Source: Phoronis australis
Lineage: Eukaryota; Animalia; Phoronida
Direction: 5' to 3'
DNA: 64,000 bases
Assembly (NCBI GenBank): GCA_002633005.1
Contig: NMRA01000060.1
Span: 449,030 to 513,029 of the forward strand
In this document: one piece after another, positions 11,101 through 22,638 of the stretch
How the letters are laid out: the number at the start of each line of letters is the position of its first letter
How positions within the stretch are numbered: the stretch's first letter is position 1
Made by a program: the position numbers and the translations under genes
The notes under the pieces: generated by a model
Databases searched by the model: none
What the model was told of the DNA's origin: nothing
Seen by the model: only the letters and a program-made list of their open reading frames with translations

Positions 11101-14100
11101 TACCACTTGTGACGTTACTAATGTGATTGTATGTCAATACTGTGCCGTACAACTTGCTAGATCTATAAATGTAATATCGTGCTCATCAAACAAACAAACT
11201 CCTGATGTTGTAGAGGACTTGCTGATATGAAGCTGGTCTCAACTTGTTCCATGTTCAAATTGGAGGAGAGTTTTGGGCTTGGAAGGACCTGGAAGTTGGC
11301 TATTGCTCGAAATTCTAGTTTGCACTTAAAATCACCCACAGCTGCAAGCCAACATGTTGAGACTGGTTTCAGGCAAGAACACTTTTAAGTTCGTTCCAAG
11401 CCTAGAAATGATATGTAAGAGTGAACAAGTAGACACCAATTTTATAATGTAAGTGGTCTATATCAAACAGGTTTGTCGTATTTGTGTCTGCTTAACAATT
11501 TTGTTTTAGATATGTGACGCAAAGTTGAAACTACCAAAGGCTTACGTAAGCCACGTGTTTGGGAAAGCCCACATCAAGGTATGTTCAATCTTGAACTGTT
11601 TTGTTAAGAAGTATTCTAGTTTGGTTTGAACCCTCTGCCATCCGACCAAATGTTGGAATGCTTTTGATCAGGTATTCTTTTTAAACAGTGGAATGCATTC
11701 CAACGCCTTTTTAATTAATGGCAACTAAGGAATCCAGCTGATGCCATACCTGATTGTTGAGGGCAATTTTTGTGTTGTGCAGATTTGAGCACTGTAGCCA
11801 GTGGTTGTGGTCTCTGTTGAGTGCTGTAGCTTCTAAGTAGACGTTTTTATGTGTATTATTGCATTGTTGCAGCGTGTTGGCTGGGTCATGTGACAAGATG
11901 TTTCTAAGTGTATTATTGTCTTGTTTCAGCGTGTTGGCTGGGTCATGTGACAAGATGTTTCTAAGTGTATTATTGCATTGTTGCAGCATGTTGGCTGGGT
12001 CATGTGAGAAGATGTTTCTAAGTGTATTATTGTCTTGTTTCAGCGTGCCCGCCAGCTCATGCAGTTAGACGCTCCACTGAATGATGACTCATCTTCTTCG
12101 TCTTCATCATCAGATGTTGAAATAGTATGTCAACGTTTGTTTCTGATCAACTGGTGAAGCATCTGTAGCAAATCATAGCGTTGAATTGTCATGTTACTTG
12201 GTGAAATGAAATTTTGCCTTGTATGTTTTACGTTGCGAACGTTTTATCATTGGTTTTGTTTGTACGCATTATACAGGTTGCATACATTATCTGATATGAT
12301 ATTTGTACACAACATCTAATTGGAAAGTTTAAGACCTTTTTTTGGACATATGGTGGTGCTAATACTCGATTTTTGTTTTGTCAATTCTTCAATTTGTAGA
12401 TAGATCTCTTCAAACATTACAAGATCTGTTTCATCCATTTGTTGTTGCAACTTCCTTTGCTCTAGTAAGACTTAAGATTTTGGGATGGATGCTGCTTTAA
12501 TGTCTGATTTCTTGTGCCGTAGATGTGGCGTACTTTGTTGATTTTTTTTAAAACCCGGTATGTTGTTTTATTGACAAATCACTCCTTGCTTTCTTGCCAG
12601 TGTCGTGGATACTGTGTGATGTGATTGTCGTCAGTGGCATTGCCATTGTTGGCATCTTCTGTTTTCACTGTAGTTCTGTTGTTGCTGACGTGGTGGCTTA
12701 GGGGTCATTGCCAGTATGTCAGCGTCGTCACCAGTGTCAAATTTCAGCATCGTTGTCTTCGTCAAAGTTGGTGGTCATATTGTCATTGTTGGCCTTGAAG
12801 TTGTGCTCTGTATCATGGTTGACATTTTGTGTCATCTTTGGGGTCACCGGGTTTTGTGATCGTCCTTATATCTTGTACAAAGTGGCCATCGTCATAGTGC
12901 TCTCATTTGCTTGTTTTCTGAATCAGTTCAGCATGTGCCCTCTATTAGTTTCACCTGATGTCTTGCATCCCATGAAAACCTATCTGCTTTATATCTTAAA
13001 ATCACATTTTAATATTATGAGGAGTGTGATGTGTGTGAGAAATACCTCTCTGTGCTCATGTTTTACCTACTACTCTGCCACACAGGTAAGGGCTGAGGAG
13101 TCGAGGATGTTCACTGCAGCAGTGAACAAGTCTTCTGGACACCAGAAGGCAAGATCAATGAAAGAGCACAGCAAAGATCAGAGGAAGAAGCAGGAAAAAG
13201 AAAAGCCGCGTAATAACAATACAGAGCGTATAGGGCAGAGAATAGAGAGGGCGCGAAATCCTATGGAGAACCGGATGTTGCCAAAAGAGACACCCAAAAG
13301 AATGTATTCTGCCCAAGAAGCATCACAGGAAGAATATGAACAAAAAGATGGTAGTGCGAAACGTCTACCTGGTTCACACAGGCAATCTGATAAGAGACCT
13401 CGGCGTGATTATCCAGTTCCGCATGAAGGTGTGTCTACATCTAGAACAGAGCATGAAGATGTGGATGAGGAGTGGTCACTTAGAGCCAGGCAACTTCAGC
13501 GCCAGGTCGGAAAGATGTCAGAAATGATGGACAAAGGCAGTTTGCATCAACTTGGTAACCAAGATTGGCACCGTTCTAATGATCGTCCTAGTAACAAATC
13601 TCGTGGCGAAGAACCTATGCGCAAGGGACGGGACTCCACCATTAGACAAGATGAACACAGGTCTAGGAAAAGTTCTTTCGATGGAAGTCCACCTCACTTT
13701 GAAGAAAGAGGAAACACAGGCACATACAGAGATGAAGACAGGCAGGATGCTAGGCGCCAACTTTCTCAAGGTCGACAAGATTTGGCACAGCAACGTAAAG
13801 AAGCGTATTTATCACAGGAACGTATGTCCAACAGGGAGAAGGACTTTCAGGGACGGAGATCTCCAGAAAATCGCTCAGGTTATGCAGTTTATGTGAAAGA
13901 GAAGTATAAACATGATGACCACCCAGCATCAAGGAATAGAAATGTTGATGGACTGCCAGACAGGAAGACTGCTTCAAAGGAAGAAAGCTATTCTCGTGAA
14001 CTTGTCAAAGATGAATGGGGTGAACCTCGCAATTTTGAAAGTTCTTCACATTCGCTAAAAGATGCTCAATCCCCCAGAGGTGGGCGCCGTCAGTCGCTAC

Positions 14101-17100
14101 CGAAATCTGACTGGGAGAGAAGCAACAGACCACCAAAACACCCTGAGATGAGAGGCCATGCGAACATTGCTGTAAACTATGAACATGAGAGGAACGTACC
14201 TTCTCCTCGTGAACTTTCATCTGGGAACCTTGAACGTTCTTTGAGAGGAAAAGAAGGTTATTCCAGAGATGCACAATACCAGCCTATAGACCCTGATCAT
14301 CCTAGAGCTCTTGCTTTAAACCCTTCCAGAAATCAGGCTGAATATTTCAGAGGGAGTGAGCATCCTAGAGGTCGAGATATGCCTCCAGGGAACAGCAATA
14401 ATCCTTTTACAAGATCACACGATTCTTCTCGAGAAAGAGCAGGTCATTTGTCAGATGACAGACATAGGCCACCTTACAAGGAGTACGAACAGTCTTCTAG
14501 AGGCCAGGAGCCCCCACTAAGGAACTTTGTTCCTGGAACCCAGGATCCCTTTTTAAGAGGCTCTGAAATTTCTCAGGGAGTAGACATTCCTCCCAAGGGT
14601 CATGAGCATCTTACAAGGGGTCATGAGCCCCCTCATGTAGAATATGACCATCCTTCAAGAGGTCGTATAGCCCTACCAAAAGGCTATGAACACTCCCCAA
14701 GACGCCATGGGCCCTCTTCACCTGACTGCAAATCTCCTAGAGGTAATGAGATCCTGATGGGCTATGAGCATCTGCCAAGGGACCAAAGACCTCCCTTTAG
14801 GAGCTATGAGCGCTCTCCAGTTCAAGAGCCTACCCCCATAGGTTATGACCCCAATCAAAGATGGGAGCAGCACCGCAGAGGTTACGAACAATCTCAAAGA
14901 GGTTATGAACCACTTCCCAGAGATTATGAGCATTCTTCAGAGAATCGTGAGCATCTTTCAGAGACCCGTGAGCCTCCTCTGAGGGGTTTTGATCATCCTC
15001 CAGAAAGCCATGAACTTCCTTCCAGGGTATATGATGACTCGAGAAGAGGCAGCAAACAATTCTATTCCAAAGAGGAGTTGCAGGCTGATAGGCCTCCTAG
15101 ACAGATCTCCAGACAACCAAGCCCATCTAGACATCAAATTCCACCTAGAGACCAACATCCACTTGGCCATGACATTGCACCCCAAAGACATGAGGTTTCA
15201 CCAAGGCTTCACGAGGCACCACCGAGAGGACCCAGATCACCACCGAAAGGTCCCAGAACACCACCTGGTGAGCCACCGAAGAATTATCCTAGAGAACTCA
15301 GAGGGCATACTTTTGTTGGGAGACATTCCACTGGAAAAGAAGCTCCACCACAATTTGCCAGAAGTCGCAGTCCCCGGCCCAGGCATTCACAGCCTGAAGC
15401 TATTTCTGAGAGAAGAGGGCCAGGTTCTAGAAACCAAACGTCAGATGATGGTTTTGGGCAAGCAGAAGCAGTGTCAAAGGAGAGAAGTAGAAAGGAATTG
15501 ACAACTAATGACCCAGGGAAAGGTTTGCCTTTAAGCAAAAGAAGTTCTTGTCCAGAGGGTAGAAATTCACATCAGAAAGAGTCGACGTTTGGTCCAAGAA
15601 GTCAAGAGGGTAGAAATTCATCTCAAAAAGAGTCAAAGTTTGGTCCAAGAAGAAATCCTTATGTCGAAGCAAAAGGTGGACCAAAACAACACAAAGAAAG
15701 ATCACCTGTGCCCAACACTTTGCAACAGCAAGGTGCCTTGTCAGCTGAAGCACAGGGTTCATCACTTCTGGCTCCAGAAGCCATTGAAAACTTGAGAAGG
15801 ATGGGATATGAAGGTGACCCAGAAGACTTTGTACGACTGGTGGCCTCAATAGGAAGCATGGTAAGTGTTTTCATTGTTTGTTAAAAACATTAAAATGTTT
15901 ATCTAGTTCAGTATTTGCCTCAATAATAATTGCAATTACAGTACAAGTAAAGACAAAAGTGGGGCATCATTGCTGCAATGGCTGCAAATTACACTTGGAT
16001 AGGGTTCATTGAGCTTGAGGGTCGTAAACCTTTTATGACCTTCAGAAAATGTCTTCTTATGTTTTACAGGGAGCAGCTCCTGCTGTGGTAAATCCTCTTT
16101 TAAGCAGCACTTCCATTGGTGTCATGCCCCAGGTAAGTTGTCACGTGCTGACTTGTTAAATGTTGAGAAGTTTCCATGTATGTTAGGTAATATAAGTGTT
16201 TAGGAAACTTGCATTAAGCAAGCAATGGATCATATCACCTCATCTTCTCCTCAGGCATCACTCTCAGGAATACTGTAGATCTCATTGACTTGTCATCAGT
16301 AAGAAACAACTTAGTAGACAGATGTTGCATGCCTTCATGATTTGTATTCATGGGGAAGGCCTATATGTGTTTCTTCCATCTGATGCCGATGTAGTGTGGA
16401 AAGTGATGAAAATGACTTCATTCAACTGTCGATGATGACTATTCTTCAAAAAATATATAATTGTAATTGGCGTTATATCTAAGAGGTATCGTTGGTGATG
16501 AAAAGTTACCTTCAGGAAAGCTGTATGCTGCGGTGGTGAAAAAGATCATCAAAGTACTGCGTTTAACAATGGCATGGCCAGTGATGACTGACTCACTCCT
16601 TCATACTTCCTTACATCAGTGGTATCGTCTGTGATGAAAGATGCGTCTGTGTTGACGGGTTTCTCTCAGAATACTTCATGCGTCAGTTTTGTGACAGCAA
16701 GAAACGATTAGTACATAAGTGATGATACTTCCTTCAACACAACTCCTTGAAGCTTTACTATAATGTACAAGACAGATTTCCCAAGTTCATACTTCCACAT
16801 AACAGGACTGTATCCAATGAAGAAAGGTGCCCGTCATGCATCTCAAACTTGCTTGCATGTCACTACACTTTCTTCAATATGAGCATACAAGAGAGACAGG
16901 GTCACGCATTTCATGCTGTGCTGGTGAGACTAGTTGAGAAAATATTCCTTCAAGCAGTGGTGTGTGATGTTTGCGACAGTACCGTGGAATGCACTTGACA
17001 AGGTGGCGATAGGGTATTTGGTGGACAGCACTCTGCATTCTTATGTGGATTTAGTTCAGTGGGATATCTCCAGTATTTTTGCGTATGAATTCTTTGCGAC

Positions 17101-19439
17101 CAGCATACTGTCAAACTACTACTGTTGTGGAATTGGATTTTAAACCGATTCACACAAGCACACCACTGAAGGTGGTTGGCCGTAGCTCATAGCATTCATT
17201 GTTGTGAATACTTTGGGGGCAACCCAATTTTTTCTATGTCATTAGCTTTAATACACCTATATTTCAAATTCCATAAACTTCCCATGTCTACACTTGCACA
17301 TTTTTTTAAAAAAGGTGTTTTGCTTCAAGAAATATTATGGAATTCTCTGCCACTTGGTGGCACTTTTGTATTAAATTGACCAGTCAGAGAGCCAGGTTGT
17401 ATTGTTGTGCTGAATACATGTAACTTTGATATGGCAACTCCCATGAAGTGAGATGCCTATATGATTTAAGGTTTATAAAATTTTACTGAAGCTGAAGCAG
17501 CTTACTGAAGCATCCTGGCAAAAACTGATGGACTGTGTGACTCCATGGGTCAATATAGATGGAAAAGAACTGCAGGTGTCACGAGTATTTCTGCAAGAAA
17601 ACAGCAGCTTAGCCTTTGCCCAACTGACTTATAACACATCATGATGTAGTATAGAAGACTACTGGCTATGGACACAATACAAATTGAAAGGGCATGACAG
17701 AGCAACGTTTCAAGACACAAGCAAAAACAACATCAGCAACTTTGGATTGTGATGGTGGAAATCACAAGATGATATATAGTCAATCATAATAATGCCAATG
17801 GTGCACTCACCGAAGCACATCCAGACTTTGTTCATATTTCTGCCACCAGGTGTTACTATACAGTCATTTTAAAATTTCACTGTTGGCAACTCTTCTACTA
17901 AAGTGAAACATAATGTGAGTGTATTATTTTTAAAGACAATGATATTAGTGAGATGTGATTACTTGTTTTACATAAAAGGTAGGAAAAGTAATGTTTTTAC
18001 ATGTATAACTTCACTAAGCTCTTCCCTAAGTGTAAGTTGCTTCAATCTCAAATTTCTCATATATGTCCGAACATTTTAGATTTTGGAAACACTATTAGTA
18101 AATGAGTTAAAAACACCAAAATGAAACTGCCCCCTCCCCCTTAAGTTCTCACAACACTGTTTTCTAGAAGCCCGACAAAACGCTGTCCACCGCCTAAAAT
18201 GTCCATGAATGAAGTAAATTGCTACTGGCCCCTATCATCTCGGCCCATCTCGGAGGACAGAATTTGAATTTGGGTCAAGCATGAGACACGTGTGTGCTCT
18301 CACAATTCTAAGGAGCAGCATTATTGCTGGTGAATGCATTTTCACTGTCCCTGTACTGGATTGCGATATCAATGATGAGTACATTCAAATGTCATTTTGA
18401 ATGTTTAAGGAATGTCTTCCTCTAACACCTTTTTGGAGATTTTCTACGACCTTCGAAGAAAGCGCTTCTTTTGCACAGTTCAGTTCAATTCCAAACTAGA
18501 TGTTTGACGCGAAGTGACCAGTGACGAAGTATTATTTGACACTTTTTATTTATCGTCAAGGCAGCGAAGGAAAGGGTTGTATTGAAGTGGCGATATTAGG
18601 TAAATCGAATTGCTTTTCGATTCGGGAAAGAAGTACTATCAGTTTGGAGTGTTGATTCCTTCGACAAGGTCTTCGTGCAGCTGTGTTATGTCGTACAGAT
18701 TCGCTTCAATTCGTCTTAAGGAAATTGTTTGCTCAGTGAAGAATGACCTAATACCCGTTTCCGTGTTCATGGTTGGAAATGTACTTCGGCATGCATCCAT
18801 CTATCTTAGGCACAAGCGGTGCAGCGTTGCTTTCTTCCATAACACCTGCGTCGCCTCCAGTACAGGGTGCCTCAAGTAACCACAACATATCCCAAGAAGA
18901 TTCGGTTATGCTCAGGAAACCAGCAAGGTTTTTCTATATGCACAATAATTGAGAAGCTCTTTAAAGTCGTATATCTAGATAGAATTTCATCAGTTTTGTC
19001 AAAAGAAAGTTTTCTTGTGCTACTGCATCCTGGAACTTTTACCTATTAAGAAAAAATATTTGGTATTTTCATGTTAAATATTTGAACCTCTTGTGGATGT
19101 CATTTTCAGGCCATTCCACCTTTGTTCGATCAGAGCATCGCATTGGTTGACAATGTTGCCTTACCTAGGGCTATACAGATCATGTCGACCCTTGACCCAG
19201 CTGTCCTTCAGTCACTCAATACTGGTGACCCTAGAGCCCTAGAGATGTTGCAGCGCAGCCTCAGCCCAGAAATGCTACAGGCTCTGGCCGCCCTCAGTCC
19301 ACAGATTATACAGGCCGTTGGTGGGAATGTGCCACCCCAGGCGGATGGCGGGAAGCGTGAGGGTCACCGTAAACAGCGCGGAGGACGTAGACATATCCCA
19401 AAGAAATCACCTCCACCTCGCTTCCGTGATAGATGGTAG
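7614..19439 (+). CDS. Multi-exon gene for a ~1329-aa protein with two U1/matrin-type (zf-met-like) C2H2 zinc fingers and long low-complexity regions; probably nuclear and RNA-binding
   Basis: Coding exons 7614-8141, 8764-8835, 9432-9479, 10842-10865, 11510-11578, 12044-12124, 13086-15860, 16070-16132, 19110-19439. All introns are GT-AG and phase 0, giving a 3990-nt open frame. ZF1 is CKVCKVSCGTGLKEYFIHMNDSAH (C-x2-C-x13-H-x5-H). ZF2 is CEICDAKLKLPKAYVSHVFGKAH (C-x2-C-x12-H-x5-H). AATAAA at 19457-19462. Confidence 0.85.
8764..8835 (+). CDS. ZnF gene exon 2 (rest of ZF1)
   Basis: tatag|VCKVSCGTGLKEYFIHMNDSAHGQ|gtgagg; 72 nt. Confidence 0.9.
9432..9479 (+). CDS. ZnF gene exon 3 (linker)
   Basis: Long pyrimidine tract, ttttag|AVFSHLVPYHSEYNRN|gtgagt; 48 nt. 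Confidence 0.8.
10179..10271. repeat. Perfect 47-bp-period tandem duplication with internal hairpin
   Basis: tgagctgcaaaatatgTCTTAGTCataGACTAAGAtaacccctagg occurs twice. Confidence 0.9.
10842..10865 (+). CDS. ZnF gene exon 4 (24-nt microexon, first Cys of ZF2)
   Basis: ttttgcag|PKQFLYCE|gtaagt; required to complete the CxxC of ZF2. Confidence 0.85.
11510..11578 (+). CDS. ZnF gene exon 5 (rest of ZF2)
   Basis: ttgttttag|ICDAKLKLPKAYVSHVFGKAHIK|gtatgt; 69 nt. Confidence 0.9.
11851..12047 (+). repeat. 57-bp minisatellite (~3.5 units, alternating A/B variants) ending at the exon-6 acceptor
   Basis: Unit gtgtattattg(cattgttg/tcttgttt)cagcgtgttggctgggtcatgtgacaagatgtttctaa. Confidence 0.92.
12044..12124 (+). 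CDS. ZnF gene exon 6 (post-finger segment plus Ser/Asp tract)
   Basis: ttgtttcag|RARQLMQLDAPLNDDSSSSSSSSDVEI|gtatgt; 81 nt, phase 0. Confidence 0.8.
13086..15860 (+). CDS. ZnF gene exon 7 (925-codon disordered R/E/P/S/H-rich exon)
   Basis: Lies within ORF 12708-15884; cacag|VRAEESRMF...LVASIGSM|gtaagt. Composition switches sharply from T-rich intron to purine-rich coding at 13086. Confidence 0.9.
16070..16132 (+). CDS. ZnF gene exon 8
   Basis: ttttacag|GAAPAVVNPLLSSTSIGVMPQ|gtaagt; 63 nt. Confidence 0.8.
19110..19439 (+). CDS. ZnF gene terminal exon (L/Q/P-rich segment, basic NLS-like tail)
   Basis: ttttcag|AIPPLFDQSIAL...PPPRFRDRW*; in frame with ORF 19122-19439; followed by AATAAA. Confidence 0.85.
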   Translation, partial: AIPPLFDQSIALVDNVALPRAIQIMSTLDPAVLQSLNTGDPRALEMLQRSLSPEMLQALAALSPQIIQAVGGNVPPQADGGKREGHRKQRGGRRHIPKKSPPPRFRDRW

Positions 19440-19456
19440 AGCGAGAGGTCTGAAGA

Positions 19457-19462
19457 AATAAA
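19457..19462 (+). terminator. Candidate polyadenylation signal of the ZnF gene
   Basis: AATAAA starting 18 nt after the stop, with GT-rich sequence downstream. Confidence 0.45.
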
Positions 19463-19994
19463 GCGTTTGCCCTAGTAAGACTGTTGTATTATGGAGTTTG
19501 TATAAACAATTACTACTGCAGTCGATTCGAACTAAGGAGTTGACCGATGAGTAACCCTTTTTGCAACCCAGTGGAAACCGCAAGTTTACCTATGTCATTG
19601 AGGGGACAGGTTGTTTAAAATTTGCTAGACAGTCTCAGCTGAATGAAGTTTTTCGTAAACATGAAAACTCCATGACGTGACTGGATCTGTGTGATGTTAA
19701 TGAAATGAATAATGGTGTAAGGTCGTACGCACTCTGAATTAAACAGCGTAGAACCTGGACAGGACAACTTTGAGTAACTTTCGCTATGGTTTGTGGCGAC
19801 TGGAAATAGAATAAAGAAACTCACTGGAAAGGCTGTTCACGAAATGTCAGTTATCGTTGACAGTGCTACATAAATGAATCTGGGCGGCTATTTTATCGCC
19901 ATCAGGAAAACGGACCGTTGATTGTACAAGTTGCTCGAAACTTGGCACTTGGGCTTAAGATGATTAGCCATCAGAAGATCGGACGCGGCCTGGG

Positions 19995-20980
19995 GAACTG
20001 AAGTGGTAGATCAGAATCTACTTGCAAGTCGAAAGAGTGAATCATTGCGTTATTGCTATATGGAAGAATGTAAGATATGTGTCAGACCATCTGGCATTAG
20101 ACTGAGACTGTAGCAGTTGATCAACTCTTAACTCCTCATCGAAAGTGTGGACCAACGCATTACTGCTACGTCATGTAGGCAGGAAATCCGTGAGACCCTA
20201 AGGTACGGAACTATATCTGTAATGGAGGATCATCTTGTAACTTGTCATCTAAAGGTGAGGCCTCGCTTATTGATGGAACCAAACATTTTGCATGAGAAAT
20301 GTTCGAATCCCTTTGGTGTGAGACCACCTGCAGCGACGGGTCAATTCTTTAGTCGTCATTGAAAGAATGGACCAGTCTGTTGCTTAGTGCTGCAGTAGAG
20401 GATGTTTGATGTATGCAATGCACCAGACCCCTGAGTACGGGAGTTGAGCTGCAGCAGAGGACGAACTGTGGGTTTTAGGGACTTGGTATAGCGGTGACTC
20501 TACTCTTGTCATCAAAAAGGTGGACTAGTGGGGTACTTCTGCATCAAAAGATTGTATATGGTGGCCCAAGAAACGCGCGTCAAGCTCCTGTGGTGTGAGA
20601 CTATAGCAGTGGACGAACTGTGTTCGCCATCAAAAGGGTGGACCTTTGGCTTACTGTAACATTTGAGGATGGTATATGTAAGAAACACATCAGACTGGAA
20701 TATGAGGTTGTGGCTGTGGCGGTGAAGCAACTCTTCACTCGTCATTGCAACAGTGAAGGAGCCATGTTACTGTCACAATAAAGGATTTTTGGTTAGGGAA
20801 GTCAGGAAGCTGTAGTAGTGTTCAAGCTCTTCGCTCGTCGTCGAAACAATGAATGAGCGTGACACCACTACAATAAGAGATGCTATGTGTAGGAACGTCT
20901 GGAATTAGAATATCAAACTGTAACTGTCTTGGTGGATCAACTCGTCATCGAAGGAATAGAGCATTATGTTACTTGGCAAC
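19995..20980. repeat. Old degenerate tandem array, ~9 units of ~100-120 bp
   Basis: Recurring core ctgtagcagtggatcaactctt..ctcgtcatcgaaag..tggacc at ~19995, 20107, 20215, 20326, 20485, 20600, 20713, 20809, 20923. Confidence 0.7.
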
Positions 20981-22258
20981 TAGAGCTTATTTGTGTCTGA
21001 AAATGACGAAAGCTGGATGGTTTATCAAGCCAACGTGCCATCTTAAATGAACACTGAATTGGTGTGTACATGTATTCTTAAGAAGGAATTTCTTTGTCCT
21101 GTTACCTGGTGAAACATTTGATGGGAATGTCTTGTAGAAGTGCGAATGTGACGTATATTATTTGTCTGTGTCTAGCAACATTTGAAGTCTGCGGTTTGTG
21201 TCTACCTCTTATGACCTTTGCTAAGCACCGACTAATACAGGTACACCAGTCTGCATATAGCATATATTGTGCAGTATTTTGGGAATGGATGCGACTGATA
21301 GACAGTTGTTCTCATCAGTAAATGAGTCGCCGTGAAGGAAAGACGTCCATGTCGTGAGCGTCGTTAATAATGCTTGCTGTGTTGAAGTTGGCCTTGAAAC
21401 ATGTGGGTGCAGGAGAAGGATTAGGTAATCTTCTTTGGAAATATATGCGCTTGTACCATCGGTGCGATGATTTTAAATGAGATAAATGAACGATGATCAA
21501 AAAGAAACGTACTTTATAGGTTTAGGGTTTCTGCTCGTTTGACTTCAATTTTACTTAAAATGTTACTGAACGTTTTTAACCTCTCTGGTTTTCGTAGTAG
21601 GTAAGGATTTTCAGGGCATCCCAAATCAGGAGTGGCTCAATGCTCGTCGCTCAGATGGATGTGGTTATCGTGACTTCCAGTAGCCGGAAGGTCCGATAAG
21701 TCGACACGTTTTGCTTACCAATGTACCTACGGTGTAGCCTGCTGCAACAATTATAATGTCTGATAGATAAAAGTCCGTATTAAACTCTGTACTTCGAAGG
21801 TTATTTCGTACAGTAAGCCTGTACTCGGAACATTTAAAGGTATGGTCTTAAAAACCACATGGCAGACGTATCGTTGGGCCTCGAGACTAATCATCTAAAC
21901 CAGGAAATTTTGTTTATGTGAATCGTATTTCACTCGTGTCTCTTTAGTGACGACGGAACTAGGTAAGATAGATTCACTGGATGATTGGCTCACGAAAGTT
22001 GCCTCGATTGCGGTGATGTTCGTTCTTCAACGCTGCTTTAATGTTTTCAAACTTTTAAATGGTGTACATGTAGAATTGAGGTTTGAGTTCATGCGTTTAG
22101 CGTGTAGCCCAACCCACTGTTTATGTAACTTTTGATTGAAGCTCATGTTCTTTATTTGCCTCGGTTGCTTCCAACTTGTGGTAGTTATGTTTTCTTGGTG
22201 TGACATTGCCAATTTGTAATTCAGAAGACGGAAAATTTCCTTTTAGCAGTTGTAAAAT

Positions 22259-22638
22259 CGGGGGTACCATAGAATCATGCGCACGAACATCGCATGTTAA
22301 GCACGAACCAACTACGAACTTATGAGTCATGCGCACGAGCCCATGGATCATTCATACGAACCAGAAAATCACGCACACGAACCAAACTTATGCGCACGTA
22401 CCACAAAAATCTCATCTACCGGACACAAATTATACACACGAGCGTTCCAGTCACGCCAAACGGTAAATTGTACGTGTGATTTGATGCTCATGTGCATGAT
22501 TTTGTGTTCGTATGTGTGATTTTTGCGGTTCGTGCTCATGATTTTTGTTCGTATGCGTGATTTTTGGATTCGTATGCATTATTCATAAGTTCGTGCATAA
22601 GATGCGATGCTAGTGCGTATGATTGTATGTTACCCCTG
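22259..22638. mobile_element. Palindromic MITE with ~20-bp internal subrepeats
   Basis: Ends c(g/a)ggggta(c/a)cata(g/c)aatcat(g/a)cgcac..catcgcat in inverted orientation; arms built of catgcgcacgaacc-like units; AAAAT on both flanks. Confidence 0.8.

Noticed and set aside
12708-13085. Hydrophobic, Cys-rich first 126 aa of the 1058-aa ORF (looks like TM or signal segments)
   Set aside because: T-rich intron read-through upstream of the acceptor at 13085; starts at TTG; not part of the spliced model
13336-15874. Many short overlapping and antisense ORFs in the large exon
   Set aside because: Shadows of the biased main frame; no independent motifs
16230-17150. ORF-like, weakly repetitive intron segment with CxxC pairs
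   Set aside because: Broken across frames and no family I can recognise; may be a decayed element but cannot be supported
19995-20980. Repeat-spacer look suggesting a CRISPR array
   Set aside because: Eukaryotic context, highly degenerate cores, partly homologous spacers and no cas genes
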